Positions 63,092 through 64,000 of a stretch of 64,000 bases of DNA are shown piece after piece (positions within the stretch are counted from its first letter, which is position 1; every line of letters starts with the position of its first letter). The notes under the pieces were generated by a model. It was not told the origin of the DNA, searched no databases, and was given only the letters and a program-made list of their open reading frames with translations. Location of the stretch: the NCBI RefSeq assembly GCF_001194135.2, contig NC_068993.1:4464293-4528292 (forward strand), read 5' to 3'. Made by a program: the position numbers and the translations under genes. This stretch comes from Octopus bimaculoides (lineage: Eukaryota).

Positions 63092-64000
63092 TGGACAGCT
63101 GAACTCTATACATTTTTTTTCATTCTCTCTCTAATTATTTCCTCGTATTCCTTTCTGTCAAAGAGTATAGGCTCGAAACATAAACGATAGTTCCATTTTT
63201 CCCAAGTGTCAAACTAATACATTTGCTTGTTGTTCCGACACCTGTCTTTGTCTTTTATTTTCCTATAAATTTGAACTACATATATACGTATGTATATATA
63301 CATACATACATATATACGCACACATATATATATGTATGTATATATATATATATGTATATATATATATGNNNNNNNNNNNNNNNNNNNNNNNNNNNNNNNN
63401 NNNNNNNNNNNNNNNNNNNNNNNNNNNNNNNNNNNNNNNNNNNNNNNNNNNNNNNNNNNNNNNNNNNNNNNNNNNNNNNNNNNNNNNNNNNNNNNNNNNN
63501 NNNNNNNNNNNNNNNNNNNNNNNNATATATATATATATATAATATATATTATTATTATATGTCTATATTATATAAACATATATATGATATATATATATTC
63601 ATTGTTACGAGATACACAGACCCTGATAAATGAGGTAGACACTGATTCCAGCCTCTGACTAACGAATACAAAAATGGAAATTGGAATGGTTTAAATGTAT
63701 ACTACTATGACTAAGCAAGTGCTGATAGAATTATAGATAGAAACATAGATATAAAAACTGATAGAAATATAGATAGAAAGGTCCACACACACACACACAC
63801 GCATTACATATATGCATGTAAAGATAGAATCAGAGTGAGTAAAAGTTATATAGTGAAATATATATGACTAAGTTGGCATTGAGCTGAAAGTGGCTATTTA
63901 AATACTTAAGTATATGTTATGAATATATGAATAAATAAATAGGCATTTACTAGTAAATGGATGACTATCAAGGAAAATACAATCTATATATATAGATATA

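Overview
AT-rich eukaryotic non-coding DNA: intronic or intergenic, dense in microsatellites and retroposons, with about 4.8 kb of N-gaps. The SINE and MITE families match those I recall from octopus (coleoid cephalopod) genomes, but this assignment is inference from repeat content, not a database result. I recognise no complete host gene, rRNA, true tRNA or CRISPR array. Almost all long ORFs in the supplied track are translations of simple repeats or N-gaps. Supportable content: roughly 25-30 tRNA-derived SINE copies from at least four families; a Penelope-like GIY-YIG endonuclease remnant with three degenerate hammerhead-like motifs; three Tc1/maT transposase fragments, one with a DD37D spacing and an in-frame 18-bp minisatellite expanded from its own coding sequence; a fold-back mariner made of two 3' ends; a hAT transposase relic; a probable MULE/SWIM relic; piggyBac-like TTAA MITEs; a 280-bp palindromic element; and short LINE 3' ends embedded in (TAA)n tracts. 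There is also Illumina adapter contamination and several unverified candidate exons on both strands. I found no convincing new biological system. The most interesting signals concern TE evolution and potential dsRNA (ADAR) substrates.
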